The notes under the pieces: generated by a model
The model's database searches: none
Seen by the model: only the letters and a program-made list of their open reading frames with translations
What the model was told of the DNA's origin: nothing
Translations under genes and position numbers: made by a program
From: Lama guanicoe
Lineage: Eukaryota
Reading direction: 5' to 3'
DNA: 64,000 bases
Assembly (NCBI GenBank): GCA_013239625.1
Contig: MU053513.1
Coordinates: 4,012,303-4,076,302 of the forward strand
Part shown: in pieces, positions 36,876-50,430 of the stretch
How positions within the stretch are numbered: the stretch's first letter is position 1
How the letters are laid out: every line of letters begins with the position of its first letter

Positions 36876-39364
36876 TGTTCTTGAATTTTATTTCCCCCAT
36901 CCCCCAGAACCCTCCAGTTTCCCCCTACCCCCATCAACAATGAACTGGTTCAAAGCTGAGTTGCTTTATAATGTCTTTATTTCTCTCCGTCCTCTAAGGC
37001 TAATTTGGTAGTCTGAATGGGAAGTGCGGGTGAATCCAGACTCCTCTTGAGCTTGAATCTGTTTGCTTTCAACCGCTGGAGCAGAGGAGTGAACTCCAAA
37101 CTGTCATTTTTACTAAAACAGAAACTGTGAAAGTTAGAAGTGGACCCAAAGCAATTAATAGGTTTAGGGGGCACAAAAACAGAGGAGTTCATTCTTCAAG
37201 GTGATCGTCTTCTGCATGAAGAAATTCAAAAAGATAGTTTTTTTTTATTGCATATTCACCTTCAAAGGAACAGGGTGGGCTTTGCCAAGTGAGTGGGTAT
37301 TTTATTCCTTCTTTAGAGGAAAAACACAGAGAAAGAGAGAAAAATAGAAATACAAGTCTCTTTTTAATTAAGCATTTTATCCTTTGAAGTTATTCTGATT
37401 TTTTTCACATTGATGATGTAATTTATGTAAATAATCATCTATCTATGAAAGGAGTGTGTCTGTCAAAAGCTGAAATAAAAAACATCCGTCATTTTGAAGT
37501 GATTAACATTCTCCAGATGTTTAAATCATCAGATTTCAGGAGTTTCTCTTTGTTGTGATAATGATATAGTATCCAGAACAAGAATGTTTACTTTTTTGTA
37601 TGGGTCAAACGCAGATTTTTCACAATCCTATTAAGGCATGCAGTTCATTGTAATTGTATGTGCAGATGAAAGCATATCCAGTTATTATTATTCCCCTTAA
37701 TTGTAAACTGCTGCTGGTAATTTTACTGTAAAGCTCAAACAAAAGGAGTGTACTTGAAAGGACCACCACTGCCCACTTATGTAATCAATTTATATATGTC
37801 AAGTTTGTACCGGGATGGTTATCCCCTTCTGTTACCAGACATGTGACGTGCTACCACCCTGCAGCTCGGGGCCGTGCACACATGCCACTGGCTCCCTTTG
37901 CAGGCTGCTTGGAAATACAGTGCATGTCGGTGATAATGTTAAACGACAGCTCCAAGCTATTTCCCTTAGGCCAGTCTGACCCTGGGGTTCAGGGTAAAAC
38001 AGGAATGGTTCCGCTCACCTTCAAGGACTGGGCATCCTCACCGCTGGCAGGTTTAACCTGGAGGCTTGGAGAAGCTCCCTGGAGGCCCAATTACCCTTGT
38101 TAGAGGGCTTATTGAAACATTAATGACATGTAGGCACTTCATTCATAAAGTTGGGCTCAACTCATGTCTAGCATTAGCCCCCACACATCCTTGCCGGCTT
38201 CAGATCTGAACTGCTTGTAGGGATTTATTAAAACCGCTTGACTCGGGCACAAACTGACTACACGCTTATTAAGTGCTACCTAAATGCAGACAAGGCTGAG
38301 AGGGAGGTCTCAGATCCCCATGTGCCCAGCTCAGTCTCGTAGAACTGCACTAATTAAGAACAAGAGATACAGAATGATTTCCCAAGAGCTGTGCATTAGT
38401 AATAATGTTTCTGGACTTTTTTTTTTGTCTGTGGAGCCCTTAATACACATGTTCAGGAATTTAAGGCGATGTTTTCCACCGGCGGCCACACGGTTCTTCT
38501 CTCTTGAAGATCAGAGAGATCTCTTGGCATCATCAGAGGGAGGAAATATCTCCCTTTACTGTTCTTAACAAGAAATCAGAGCATTACAAGGGTTAGGGGA
38601 TGATGATTCAGACATAGAATACCTTCTTTTTTACCAGACTGAAGCCTTGGTAATAGGCTAATAATTAATAGTTACCATCTGCTATCCCTTGTGCCCAACC
38701 TTCAAATCATTCTTCATTTGTATTTGAACACACACGTTCCTTTTAATCATTCCATGACCATTTAAGTACTTTGATAAGCCTTGGGTCCCTAAAATGTTTC
38801 CAAATCATCCCCATCTGACATAGACCCTTGAATTAGAGCTTCATTAAAGAGGAAGTTTGTCTAATAAGCAGCAAAGGGCTATAGCATTGGGCTGGGGATC
38901 CGGTAACTTGGGCTCTCTTCCTTGTCGTGTTCAAGCATCAAAGCAAGTGCCGGAGCCCGTGCATTAGCTTTCTTGTCCCTACCTTTTCCGAAGAATTTTA
39001 ATGGCCTCTTTTGTCACATGAAGATGAATGTTTCAGCTCTTCTCTTCCTATGCGCCCCTCATCTTTCCTCCGTCCGTAAGAATCTTGGGTGTCTGGGATT
39101 ATCTTGGGACCTGAATGTTGTTCTTTCTCTTAATTAGTGAAGAAGATTTGCCTCCAGATGTTTACGCAATGTTTCAGTTCTGCTTGCTCCAGCCAGTGGA
39201 AGGGTCCAGATTTTCCTGGGCAAAAGAAAAACATGTGCAGAGGAATCTGAGGCTCTCACAATACCATTTTCTATTCATCACCAACATCACTCGATTTAGT
39301 ATTGATAGAGCACCTTTTATCTCTTCATATCAAACTTAGGTTAAAATATTATTTAGAAATTTAA

Positions 39365-39530
39365 ATGTGGATCCAGATAAGGTAAAAGACTCGCCTGAGG
39401 TCCTGTAACTGTTCATTCACTTACTGAGCACCTACACTTGCTGGGCACTGAGCTTGATGCTTGTAATAGAGCAGGAGTAAGATGAGATCCTCCGTCCTAA
39501 AAAAAGGAGTGGAGCCAAGACTAGAAACTT
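39365..39530 (-). mobile_element. MIR fragment interrupted by an L2 3' end
   Basis: aggtaaaagactcgcctgaggtc | ttcattcacttactgagcacctac...ctgggcactgagct | ggagccaagactagaa. Confidence 0.6.
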
Positions 39531-40724
39531 AGGAGAAGGAAAAATCACTTCTGCTTCCACTTTCTACATATTTTTCTGACACCTGGACTCATTGTTTTTA
39601 AGCATAAAAAGGATTTTCTGTTGTGTTCTGTTTCTGTTTTGACAATTAATCCCACGGTATAGATGGTAACCATACTTCTCCAGGCAGGGTAGGTGATAGC
39701 CGTACAGAAGACAGAATCACAGTTTAGTTTTTCAACGTGTTATCCTGCCACTTAGGATAATTATTTTGCCTAAGATCCACAAACTAACGTCTGAGCTGAC
39801 ACTAAAAACCAAATCATGTCATTGCCAGGACAGGTTTCTTTTAATAAGCCAAAATTTCCTAGGTCAATTTTAGGTTCTTTGGGAATTTTGCAGTAGTATT
39901 CTGAATAATTCTAAAAATGTTAATGCCAAACTTTTCATCCTGAGCAACGTCTCACCAACAAGCTAGTATCAGTGGTTGCTAAAGAGCTTTGAAGTTCATG
40001 AACATGTGAAGTTGGACGAACAGTGGGGAAAGTATCAATAAGATGTCCTCGTGACTGGTCAAACCTCCTTGGTCCTAGGACGTACTACAGCAAGAGACAG
40101 AGGCAAACTTGTTTATTTTTACATCAACACCATATTAAACACATTTCTTAGCAAAACCTGTTATCTATTCCCTTCTTTGGCTTTTGAGGCTTTTAGATTA
40201 ATATACTTGACATCTTAGGCAAATCTTTTCTGTTTCACTTCCTTAATACAATAAAATGTGATGTTCAGTTTAAGCCGAAGTATATTTAAATTTTCAATGT
40301 GAGTGGCTACAGCCGTTGATAGAATGTTTTTGATGATTTGTTATAAATGAATGTAACAGAATTCCCCCTTCCCTCTGTCTCTCTGTCTCTTTCCCTTCCT
40401 CCTCTTCCTCTCCCTTCTCCGCTCCCCTCCTCACCATTTGTCTGCCTTGATACACTGCTTATAAAGACCAACTGCCTCATCCTCCTTAGTCTGTATTGGA
40501 CCTAATTGTTTCTGATGTCATACCTTGGCCCTAGCATACACTTCGTAGCTCATAGCTTTAAGTTCAGTTTTTTCATCCTCTCAGTCACTGCCACATTAAT
40601 CTTCCACGTAGCCCATGTTCATATTAGTAAATATCCAGCTAGTATAAAATCCAGACTCTTTTGCTTGATCTTTACAAAGTTTTCCATTTTTTCACCCTCT
40701 TAGAACTCATTTCTAGGTAAGTAT

Positions 40725-40890
40725 TATGCAACACTTTACTCTTTACAACGTTTTTTACATCTGATTTCTCATGAAAGCCTCATACAAATCTTAGGTGAAG
40801 CTCAGAGACATTAAGTTATTTCTCCAAGGTCTCACTGATACTGAAAAAGGGTGCTCAGGCTGAACCTTGGCCTACTGCATCCAAACCCTC
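40725..40890 (-). mobile_element. MIR fragment
   Basis: tgaagctcagagacattaagttatttctccaaggtctcac...tccaaaccc. Confidence 0.65.
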
Positions 40891-40900
40891 TATACATGTA

Positions 40901-41095
40901 CAAGGGCTGGCAAACCATGACCTGAGGGCCAAATGCAGCCTGCTGCCTGAGCACTGCTTCTGTAAATGCAGCCTTGTTGAAATGTAGCTATGACCATTTG
41001 TTTCCCCTACACAATGACAGTGTTGAGCAGGTGCAACAGGTACTATATAGCGCTCATAGCTGAAGATATTTAATGTCTAGCTCTTTACAGAAGAG
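40901..41095 (+). mobile_element. MER58A-like hAT element
   Basis: caagggctggcaaaccatgacctgagggccaaatgcagcctgctgcctg...aagatatttaatgtctagctctttacagaa. Confidence 0.85.
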
Positions 41096-41249
41096 CTTTA
41101 AAGTAATAAAAAAAACTCAGAAAATCACCCTTTAAAAATTATAAGTGTAATAATGTTTATCTTAAGAACTTTTTAAAATATCACAAAAATTCTAATTCTC
41201 ATTCTCTTTCTCTTTTCCTTCTTCTCCCTGACAAATTGGATCTTAGAGC

Positions 41250-42990
41250 CATTTGGTGGGACAGAGCAGGCACCTGAGCCTGGGTGTGGAAAGTTGCAAT
41301 AGGCCAGAGAACGGGCTCTCCTTAACCCATCTTCTTGGAGTCTGAGAGAAGTAAGGAGGGCATCTTCCTAGGAGTACTGACCCAGGGAGTCAAGAACCTG
41401 AGCAAGGTAGGAAAGGCATCTCTGGGAATGGGCAGCCCAGCATGTGGTACAGAGCACCAGCCGGGTAGGAGGGACAGGGTGAGGGTGGGCTGCCTTGGGG
41501 ATTCAGAGCCCTAGTGGTACAGGAGATTGGCACATACAGGGGCATTAATCATATAAGCAAATATATGAGAGTAATGGGAGCTAAGTTCCTCAATGTCAGG
41601 AAATGGGTTTTCAAATATGAAAAAGGGGGAAAACTATAAAGAATTCTGTGATGTTTGGTTGGAATTGAAGGCATTCATGTAACTCATAGATTTCAATAAC
41701 TATAGATAGATATACTAGTAAATACAGATATGAATATGCATGTAAATACATACATCCCCCAGCTCTGTACACTGAGATGGCCTGAAAACCAAGACACACC
41801 ATTAACAGTGAGCAGATCTTGGTTTTTCAAATACCATTCTCTGCTAAAAGGCACCAGAGTTCCTTGGAAAAATGACTGATTCCAGGACTGGGCAAAGAAA
41901 GTAAAAGATAACCTCAGAACATCTTGTGACAGAAAGCAAAGAAGTACTCAACAAATGATGGGGACACACCCCTACCCAAAAGAAAGAAAAGAAGAAGAAA
42001 GAAAGAAAGCGAAAGAGAGAGGGAGAAGGAAAGAAAAAGAAAGAAAGAGAGAAAGAGAGAAAGAAAAGAAAGAAAGAAAAGAAAGAGAAAAAGAAGAGAG
42101 AGAGAAAGAGAGGAAGAAAGGAAGAAAGAAAGGGAGAGAAAGAAAGAAAAGAGACAGACACAGAAACCAGTGTGAATAAGCTCCTGCCGTTCAAACAGAA
42201 GATAAACAAAGTATTTGAATAAATAATGTTCTCAGTGAATTAAAATAAAATAAGAAACCATGAGTCCCTAGTGATATAAATTTAAAAATTGAAATTTGAT
42301 GAAGAACAGGATATTTACATAGTCCCAAAATATCTCCCTGCAGAAATACATTCTGATTACAAATGAGAAAAGAGTAGCTTTACAGTGGAGAAACCTGGAA
42401 GACACGACTTTAATAAAGTGATCAAAGTGAACATCACCGTAATGCTGACAAATCAAAATCATGAGTTACCAAGTCAGATGCAATGAGAAGAACACATCGT
42501 CACTTTCCCATATTCCTGGCCAGGTGCTTCCCCAGAACCTAATCATGGGAGAGTACCAACCACCAGTTGAGAGACACTCTACAAAATTACTGGTTTATGA
42601 ACTTCAGATTGTCAAGGTCATGAAAGTCAAGGAAAGACTGAGGAACTATTCCAGAACCAAGGAGACTCAAGGGACATGAGAACTAAATGAAACATGTGAT
42701 TCTGAACTAGATTTATTTGGCTATAATACACATTTTGGGGACACTTAGTGGAAATTGAATGGGATTGAGGGTTAAATGGTGGTAATATATCAATGTTATT
42801 TTTGTGGTTTTGATAGTTTTATTGAAGCTACATATAAGAATGTTCTCATTTGCAGGAAATACAGCCTAAAATATTCAGGGGTGTTGGGGCAACATGTTGA
42901 CAAGTGATTCTCAAATGGTTCAGGAAATAAAATTTCTTTGTACAGTATTATAAGTTTTCTGTAAATTTGAGACTGTTTCAAAATAAATAA
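41250..42990 (+). mobile_element. L1MC/L1MD-type long 3' UTR
   Basis: cagctctgtacactgagatggcct, gagttccttggaaaaatgactgattccagg, tttacagtggagaaacctgg, gtcaaggtcatgaaagtcaaggaaagactgaggaact; ends aatttgagactgtttcaaaataaa; 5' boundary uncertain. Confidence 0.85.
41978..42160. repeat. Polypurine (GAAA/GAGA) low-complexity tract
   Basis: About 180 bp of almost pure A/G; explains ORFs 41844-42209 and 41955-42179. Confidence 0.95.
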
Positions 42991-43029
42991 AATATTTTTA
43001 AGTTAAAAGAAGAGGACAAGGTCACTGGT

Positions 43030-44005
43030 GAGTTCCCTGTCTAGAGATACATAACCATTGGTAACTTTGGTTTATAGCTTTCCAGCTTTTATATCTCTAG
43101 AGATATTTTTAAATATTATTAATTATTTTAGTGATTCTGATTATGCCATTATTAATATTTTATAGTTTTCTTTTTATGCTTAACATTAAGCATAGTATTT
43201 CCTTCATTTCATTTAATGCTCTTAGTACTAAATAATGTAAAATGCATGCTAGTGTTTCATCATTTGGATTACATAGCAATTTATTTAATGTCTCTTATTA
43301 TAGAACATTTGGGTTGTTTTCAGTCCACCCTGGTTATTTTCTAATGGACATTTATAGAAATAAAATTGCTGAGTCAAAGTATACAGATGATTTTAGGGCT
43401 TTTGATACATAATGAAAATTATCTTCCAGAAAAGTTGACCCAAATTACATTACCATTACCAAATAATAGTGCCTATTTTTCCACAAGCTTGACAATGATG
43501 ATTATTATAAGTCATTTTATCACTTAGCAAAGAGTCAAAACAAAATATCACTTTAATTTTGATTTTTATTTTAAATAGATTATACATTTTATATATATTA
43601 TTAACCATTTGTGTTTCTTCTTTTGGAAATTTTCCTTTTCTTTTCCTGTTTTCTGTGATAATATCCTTTTCTATTGAGCATATTTATATATTATCTTTAC
43701 ATAGAAGGATGTTAATCATTTTTCTCTCATTTATATTGTATCTTCTTTTCCATTTATATTGGTATTGTTTCTGTTTTCATTATTCTTAGAAAACAAAAAT
43801 CTTCTCACTTGTGATTTGTCTTTTTTGTGCGTGTTGCCAAATATATTTATTTTATTTAGAGTCAAGTCTAGGAAAGCATTTACCACCTGAAGATCATCTT
43901 TTTATACATAGTCATCCATTAATATGTATTATATTTTAAAAGTTACTTAGTCTGGCATTATTTAAGTATACGGCATGAAGTAGGGGTATAGCTTTTTCCC
44001 TAAAA
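43030..44005 (-). mobile_element. Old L1ME 3' region
   Basis: gaacatttgggttgttttcag, aattgctgagtcaaag, aaattatcttccagaaa, ttaaccatttgtgtttcttctttt. Confidence 0.75.
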
Positions 44006-44610
44006 CCCCCAAAATTGTGAAGACCCATTGTTAGTCACAGAGGACAACAAACAGTGAAGTCTGCTTCTGGCCTCTGAGGCCCTCTCAGCCCAGGATAATC
44101 CTTGTTTATAGGCCTGGTTCCTTGGAGCAGAAGGAGGAACAATTGTCAGCTCCAGAAATAGAGCATGACTCCACACTGTGGGGCCCCGGTGAGAGGCAGG
44201 GAGGGTTTCCGCACAACGGTCTTTGCAGCTGTTTTGTCTATAGCTTCTATCTTGAAGAAATAAAAAGCTATGTTTTTTGCGATGCAGCAGAACAAACAGA
44301 ATCGCAATTGTTTACATCTTTTAAAAGAAAACATCTATTCAGTAAAATATCTGTAGTATCAAGAGGCAGAGGTACCTTGGTGTGTCTGAATTATGTTGAA
44401 AAATCAGTGATTTGTTTTCCAATAGCTTACATCCATCCAAATGAGATATAGAGGAGTCCAATTTCCGAAATGACTTCTGACATCAATAATTATGATGAAC
44501 TGATTTTGAATCGAGTTGGCACCTTATTTTCTTTCTTAAATTTAGTTTTTATTTTTAGCAAATCATGTTCGTAGATTAAAGAGTCAAACACTAATACTAA
44601 GAATAACAAG

Positions 44611-44989
44611 TGTGGTATTCTTTTTGCCAAACATTTCTGTTTTTCTCCACTTTGGGGTGTATGATAAGATTGGGTGTTTTTGGTTCCTTTATAGTTGGAT
44701 GGAGCCAGTGAGTTGTAGCAGAAATGAGATGTGTCCCTTCCAGGCTGGAAGGTTCCATTACTAAAGTGAGACTCTCCAGAGCTTTGTTTTACTTGGGTAC
44801 AGTGACTGGCAACATTCAAGTTGGTAGCTGCTCCATCAGCCTGGGTCTGTGAAAATACAATCAACAGAGAATGTTGCTGTCAGCAGTGGACATTTAATGT
44901 GAACAAGAAATAAACACTGGTGCTTAAACTCACTGAGATTTTGAGATTTTTGTTTCTGCAGCATAACCTAGTCTATTCTGATTGATATA
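44611..44989 (+). mobile_element. MaLR LTR (MLT1I/J-like)
   Basis: tgtggta...gcagaaatgagatgtgtcccttccaggc...gaaataaac...cactgagattttg...gcagcataacctagtctattctgattgatata. Confidence 0.85.
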
Positions 44990-45134
44990 ATGATGGTAAT
45001 GCATTAGTTATTTTAAAATTATTTTTATATTATTGATCATAGCTATTTAATTATGTTTATATTCTTTCATTTTATTATTTTATATTATGTTAGTTTATAT
45101 TATTTATTCATATTTATTAGCTTATCATTAGAAT

Positions 45135-45368
45135 TATCATAATAGCAAATACATAGTTCTTATTATGTGCCAGGCACTATTCTAGTGCGTTGTATATATT
45201 AACTCATTTAATGTTTATCGTTATTCACTGAAGTAAGTACCATTATTATCCCCATTTTATACATGACAAAACTGAGGAAGAAGGAGGTTAAATAACTTGT
45301 TCAAGTAAATGGTAGAACTGAATTTTGAACCCAGGCAATTGTTTCCAGAGTTCAGGATCTTAACCAAG
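45135..45368 (-). mobile_element. MIR SINE, near full length
   Basis: tatgtgccaggcactattctag...aactcatttaat...ttatccccattttatacatgacaaaactgagg...ttgaacccaggc. Confidence 0.9.
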
Positions 45369-45385
45369 GAGGCACTTCTATGAAG

Positions 45386-46132
45386 CTTCATTAGTTTTCT
45401 GTTGCTATGGAGCAGATTATCAAAACTCAGTGTCTTTAAAACAGCACATACTTCTTATCTTGTGGTTTTTGTGGATCGGGTTTCCCTGCTTGACTTAGCT
45501 GGCTTCTCTGCCCCAGGATCTCAGCAAGTTGCAATAAAGGCTGTTAGTGTGGAGGCTTGACTGGGGAAGAATTCACTACTAAGTTAGTTCAGGTTTGTTG
45601 GAAGAATTTCTTTGAAACTATGTGACTGAGGAATCTGGCTTTTTGCTGGCTGTAGTCTAGTGGATGCTCTCAGGTCCAAGAGGACACCTTCAGTTCCTTG
45701 TCGTGTCAGCCTTTCTATAGGCACTTTACAACATGGTACTTTCTTTAAGGCCATTAGGAGAGTCTCTCTAGTGCATAAGAGCAAGATGGCAGATGACTTC
45801 ATCTTGCTAGTCTCTCTGAAGTCTCTCTCTCCATATATAAATACATATAATCTTCATTTTGCTAGTCTCACTTTATATATTTATATGCATATGATAAAGT
45901 AGCCATAGCAGTGACATCTTATTGCCTTTACCATATAACTTAACCTACTTAGAGAAGTGTCAGCCTATCACTTTGCCATATAATGTAATCCAATCTTGGG
46001 ATGACATCCCATCACCTTTGCCATATTCCATTGGTTAGAAGCCTGTCAACGTCCCACCCGCACTCAAAGGGAAAGGATTTTACAGGGTGTGAGCCACTGA
46101 GGGGGTGATCATCTTAGGGCCTATCCTCTACA
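45386..46132 (-). mobile_element. MaLR LTR (MLT1E-like)
   Basis: attagttttctgttgct...ggaggcttgactggggaagaatt...ccatattccattggttagaagc...cactcaaaggg...taca. Confidence 0.85.
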
Positions 46133-46279
46133 GGTGGCAAGAGAAAGTGGAAATGGAAGGGCAAATAGAAAATACCCATTACATTATCCAAATAATCGAT
46201 ATACAGAATTCTTTAAAAAGGGACAAAACATTCAAAGGAATAAAAGGTCCCTTGAATATCAAAAATGTGATTGAGTTTT

Positions 46280-46985
46280 TTGTTTTTAATTTGTGATCAT
46301 ATTTTTAACATCCAAGGGCCTTTTTATTGTTGAATGTCCCTTTTCCTTTTTATAGAAATCTATGCATGTACTATTGATGCATTACCTCCTTTTATCTCAG
46401 AGAATTTTAATAATAGTTATGTTTTTTTCAGTATTTCCCCTTCCTGCCTAGCTTTGCTTCTTCTACGTGTCTTTTATCTATTTATTAATTTAGGTCCCAG
46501 TATTGCATATTAAGTGCTTGGCTCAAAGATCTAGTTATTGTTAACTATTGGTATATATTTTAGAATTTGGAATTGAAAGCTGAGTGGAAGCTCTGTGATT
46601 GTGGGTGAGGTTTGCCTCCTGGATTCTCCTCTGGTCTCATTGGGCTCTTTCATGCACCCCGTTGTTAGCATTTTTAGGTGTGTTCTCTTGCACTGATCAG
46701 TTCCCCCAGAAAAGACCAGTTCCTGAGACACTTTGGGGTTCCTGGATGTAAATTATGTTGCTTTAAGCTATTCGCATGGACAGTGTAAAATGCTGTTTAC
46801 TGAAGCCTGCAAGATGAGTTACCACTAATCCATGTGATTTTCACCTTCTGAAGCAGCTGCTGCCGCCTCCCCTCCCATTCTCTCTGTCTTTGCGATTTAC
46901 ATCTATTAAAAAAAAAAATCGACTTTCAGGGAAGAATTGAATGCAAATACGTATGTTCAATCTACCATTTTTACCTGAAATAATG
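46280..46985 (-). mobile_element. Ancient L1/HAL1-like 5' region
   Basis: T-rich degraded segment ending tatgttcaatctaccatttttacctgaa. Confidence 0.4.
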
Positions 46986-47329
46986 GCTCTCAATTTACAT
47001 CATTGCCATACCAAATTTCATGTTCTACCATATTTATAATAATTTCATCTTCTTCTTTAGTAATGACAAGATATTACGCTGGGATATCACTTCACTCCCC
47101 ATCTCACCCACCATCTGAACCAGCCTCCTAACAGGTTCTTCATTCTTGGTTTTGTTTTGTTTTGTTTTTTCCCTTGGGGAACCTCCTGTCCTCTCCTTGT
47201 CCAGCAAAGGTTTGTGGGGATCTGTACCTGTGTCTCAGGTATCTTACTGTGTTGAAGACAACTGAGCCTTTAAATGATGGTCTAGACGTGCATGCAGGAT
47301 GGAGAAATGGCAAAAACAAAAACTCCTTT

Positions 47330-47470
47330 TGTTAGGATCAGAAGAACCAACTGTGAGTCCTGGGTCTTCTCTGAGCCTAATTTGCTCATTCCTAAAAGAG
47401 AATACTACTACTTATTTTATAAGTTTGTTGTGAAGTTTCAAAGGATAACACATGTAAAGTTTGTAACACG
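47330..47470 (+). mobile_element. MIR fragment
   Basis: cttctctgagcctaatttgctcattcctaaaa...gttgtgaagttt...ataacacatgtaaag. Confidence 0.7.
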
Positions 47471-47824
47471 GGTAGATTCCAACTTTAAGATGGCAGACTG
47501 AGACTATCAGAGAAGTGTGTCGCTTAAGGGGGAAAAAAATGCCACAACAACAATTAAATAAGAAAATGGTCAATAAACTTCAAACTCTAGCAGTAATGTA
47601 TAAGGACTACACAGTCTGACAAGCCTTTGCTCTCAGACAACCAGTCCCCACCTTCTGCCTTGCTCAAAGGCCATTTTGGTAACTCAACCGAAACAAGCCA
47701 AAGCCTTGAGGGTGTTTTTCCGACAGGATGGCACAACACCCCAAGTAGTTTTGCAAACCCTGTGGAAGGCATTTAATAAGGTCTCAGAAAAGAACTAGTG
47801 GCCAAATATAACAGGAGAGAAAGG

Positions 47825-47826
<2 letters not shown>

Positions 47827-47866
<40 letters not shown>
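47827..47866. repeat. (GATA)10 tetranucleotide STR with degenerate continuation to about 47895
   Basis: Directly visible. Confidence 0.97.
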
Positions 47867-47868
<2 letters not shown>

Positions 47869-47917
47869 GGATAGATAGACAGAGACAGATAGATGGGTAG
47901 AGAAAGAGGCAAGCAGA

Positions 47918-48334
47918 TAGATTAGGAGATTATTACAAAAAACCCAGACCAGAGATCACAGGGGCTTGGACCAGGATGATGGATAGTAGCACTGGTATGG
48001 GAAAGATGATTAAATTCTGATCTCATTTGCTGGTAGAGCCTACAAGTTTGGTTGTGGGTAGGAGAGTAACAGTGCTATCAAGGGCAATCCCAAATTCTTT
48101 TGGTCTGAAGAACTGAAAGTGTTGAATTGCCATTAGTTGAGTTATGGGAGATTGTGGGTGGATAGGTTCAGGTAGGTGGAGGCGGGGAGATAAGGAGCTT
48201 AATTTTGGACGTGTTATGTTTGAGAGACCTAGTAGACATTTAAGTCGAGATGTCAAGTCAAGTAAGAAACTGAATATAAAAATGTGGAGTTCTGAAAAAT
48301 CTGGGCTAGAGATATAAATTTGAGAGGCATCAGA

Positions 48335-48369
<35 letters not shown>

Positions 48370-48445
48370 TGTATTTGTACATACATGAATGTGTGTATAT
48401 CATGGGACTGAGTGAGTCTGTCATGAATCCAAAAGATGAGGGAAA
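47918..48445 (-). mobile_element. L2 fragment containing (TG)15 at 48336-48365
   Basis: ttaggagattattac...ggcttggaccagg...ttttggacgtgttatgtttgaga...tctgggctagagatataaatttgaga. Confidence 0.85.
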
Positions 48446-49224
48446 AGAGAAGCACTAATACCTAAGTAAACAACTTGATAATTAAAAAAACATCATTATG
48501 GAATCAGGGATGAATTATCAATTAGCAATTATTATGAAATAAATGAACAAAATAGTCATTGCTGAAAGTTAAATTGCTAAAACAATGGAATAGCTTAAGA
48601 TTATAAAAAATACAGATATAAAAGAGATTGAAGCAATTACGAGGAAACAATCCAACATAGGGAGAATTAATTTCCTTACAGTGGGGAACCCAAGTAGAAT
48701 GACTTAGCAATATAGAAAGTATAAAAATGTTTGCTGAATAAACTAATATTTGAGTTGGATGAGTAAAGATTTTATACTTTGTTTGCTCACTTGAGTAGTG
48801 TACATAATTAGCACTCCTAAGGGAGAGTTTTATTTAAAACACTACTTTTATGTCAGTGTTACACAGGGTCAGATTTGTTACAGATAATACAGTAAAATCT
48901 AGTGGTTTTTCTTTAGTTGTTTGAGAGTTCTCACCAATTTAGAACCTATTTACTGATGTCCGTGCCATACCTGAGGCTAATAGTGACCTTGCATTTCTTT
49001 TCCTATCAGTTAAGCACTGTGTGAAAACCCAGATTCAGTTTTGTTTGTCCCCAAACTGATCGTGACAGCTATACAGTTGTAGAAATTACCTAACTTAATA
49101 AAATATTATATAAACCTATGAAATATGAAAGTGAAAGAGCATTATTTTTCTCTGAAAACCAAGTTGGCGAGATTCTGGTTGAGATGTAAAGAGTTGTAAG
49201 AAACCACTGCTCTCTACCTAATTA

Positions 49225-50430
49225 CCAAAGCAAACTGGCAAAGATTTAACAATCATTGCAGAGCTGAGAACACAAAGAAAACTGAATTAATTGTATTCTA
49301 GAAAAAAAGACATGCCTTCATAGGAAAGAAGAGACTCATGGCTGTTCTCACACCTTTTGGAAGAGTGGAGGAGGAAGAATCTATGAAAAACAGGATAAGG
49401 AGAACCCAACTGAACATTTAAAGAACTTTTAATGGCTGCCAAAGGGCAGGTATGACGGATTAGAATTCCAAGGAGCCTCAGCCACAGACAGACTGGCATC
49501 CACCCACCAGCTCTTTTCTACAGGCTTCACCGGGTGCTTGGGGGTAGTATGCCAAAGCCTGAGGGCAGAGCAGGAGAGCTGAGGTAGGCAGCCTCCTGAA
49601 AACAAGAGGATAGGTCTGGAGCATTGAAAAAACCCACTCAAGACCCTCTGGGATTTCAGCTACGCATGTTGGGCTGGGGCAGGAGAGCTGAGAGAACGCT
49701 CTCCAAGGCATTCTGGGCCATCGTAGAGTGTAAGCTGCTACCCTTTGAAGTTGGCAGCAGGGCAGCAGTGAAGAGAGAGATTTCAGGTGCACGAATCCTG
49801 AAGCAGGCCTGGAGAGCAAAGAAAACTTAGAAGCAATTCCAAAAGCTGGCATTCTTGCTGCTAAGCTGGTTTTATGCAGTGCTACACCTGAGCACATGGC
49901 TGTCCTGAGAGCTGTCTCTGTATAATTTATAACTCTAAAAATGAAGTTTCTGAAAGCAAAAAAAAAAAATCATAAAGAGATCTCAGGCATCTCATCAGTG
50001 CTCAGAGCCTAACTCCTACAGATGGACAAAATCTCAATTCCCATCTTGAAAACATTTAAAGCCAGTGTTGCATTGAGCTAAACTAACGCTGCAGAAAGAC
50101 CACTCAAGCAGCCTGGTATGAAAAGGGGTGTGTGGTCTTTTCTCAAGGTAAATATTATTTACTTTATTCTCTATTTTTTTTTAGTAAAAAATACCTAGAA
50201 TGCAATACAATATTGTAAGATACACACAGAAGCTAGAAAATGTGCTCAAAAGAGGAAGCAGTCAATAGAAGCAAACTCAGAGATGACCCAGTTGTTGGAC
50301 TTATCAGATCAGAACTTTAAATAACAAAGCTACAAATACTAAAGAATCTAATGGAAAAGGTGCAAAACACACATAAAGAGATGAGAAATTTAAGCACAGA
50401 CGTGGAAATGATAAAATACATTCAAACTGG
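49225..50430 (+). mobile_element. Old L1 5' UTR and start of ORF1 (L1M/L1ME 5' end-like)
   Basis: GC-richer UTR-like tract then cagtcaatagaagcaaactcagagatgacccagttgttggacttatcaga...aactttaaa. Confidence 0.6.

Noticed and set aside
41844..42209. Lys/Glu/Arg-rich and Phe/Ser-rich ORFs
   Set aside because: Translations of a GAAA low-complexity tract
49287..49897. Overlapping ORFs in GC-richer sequence
   Set aside because: Lie in a probable old L1 5' UTR; no coding signature
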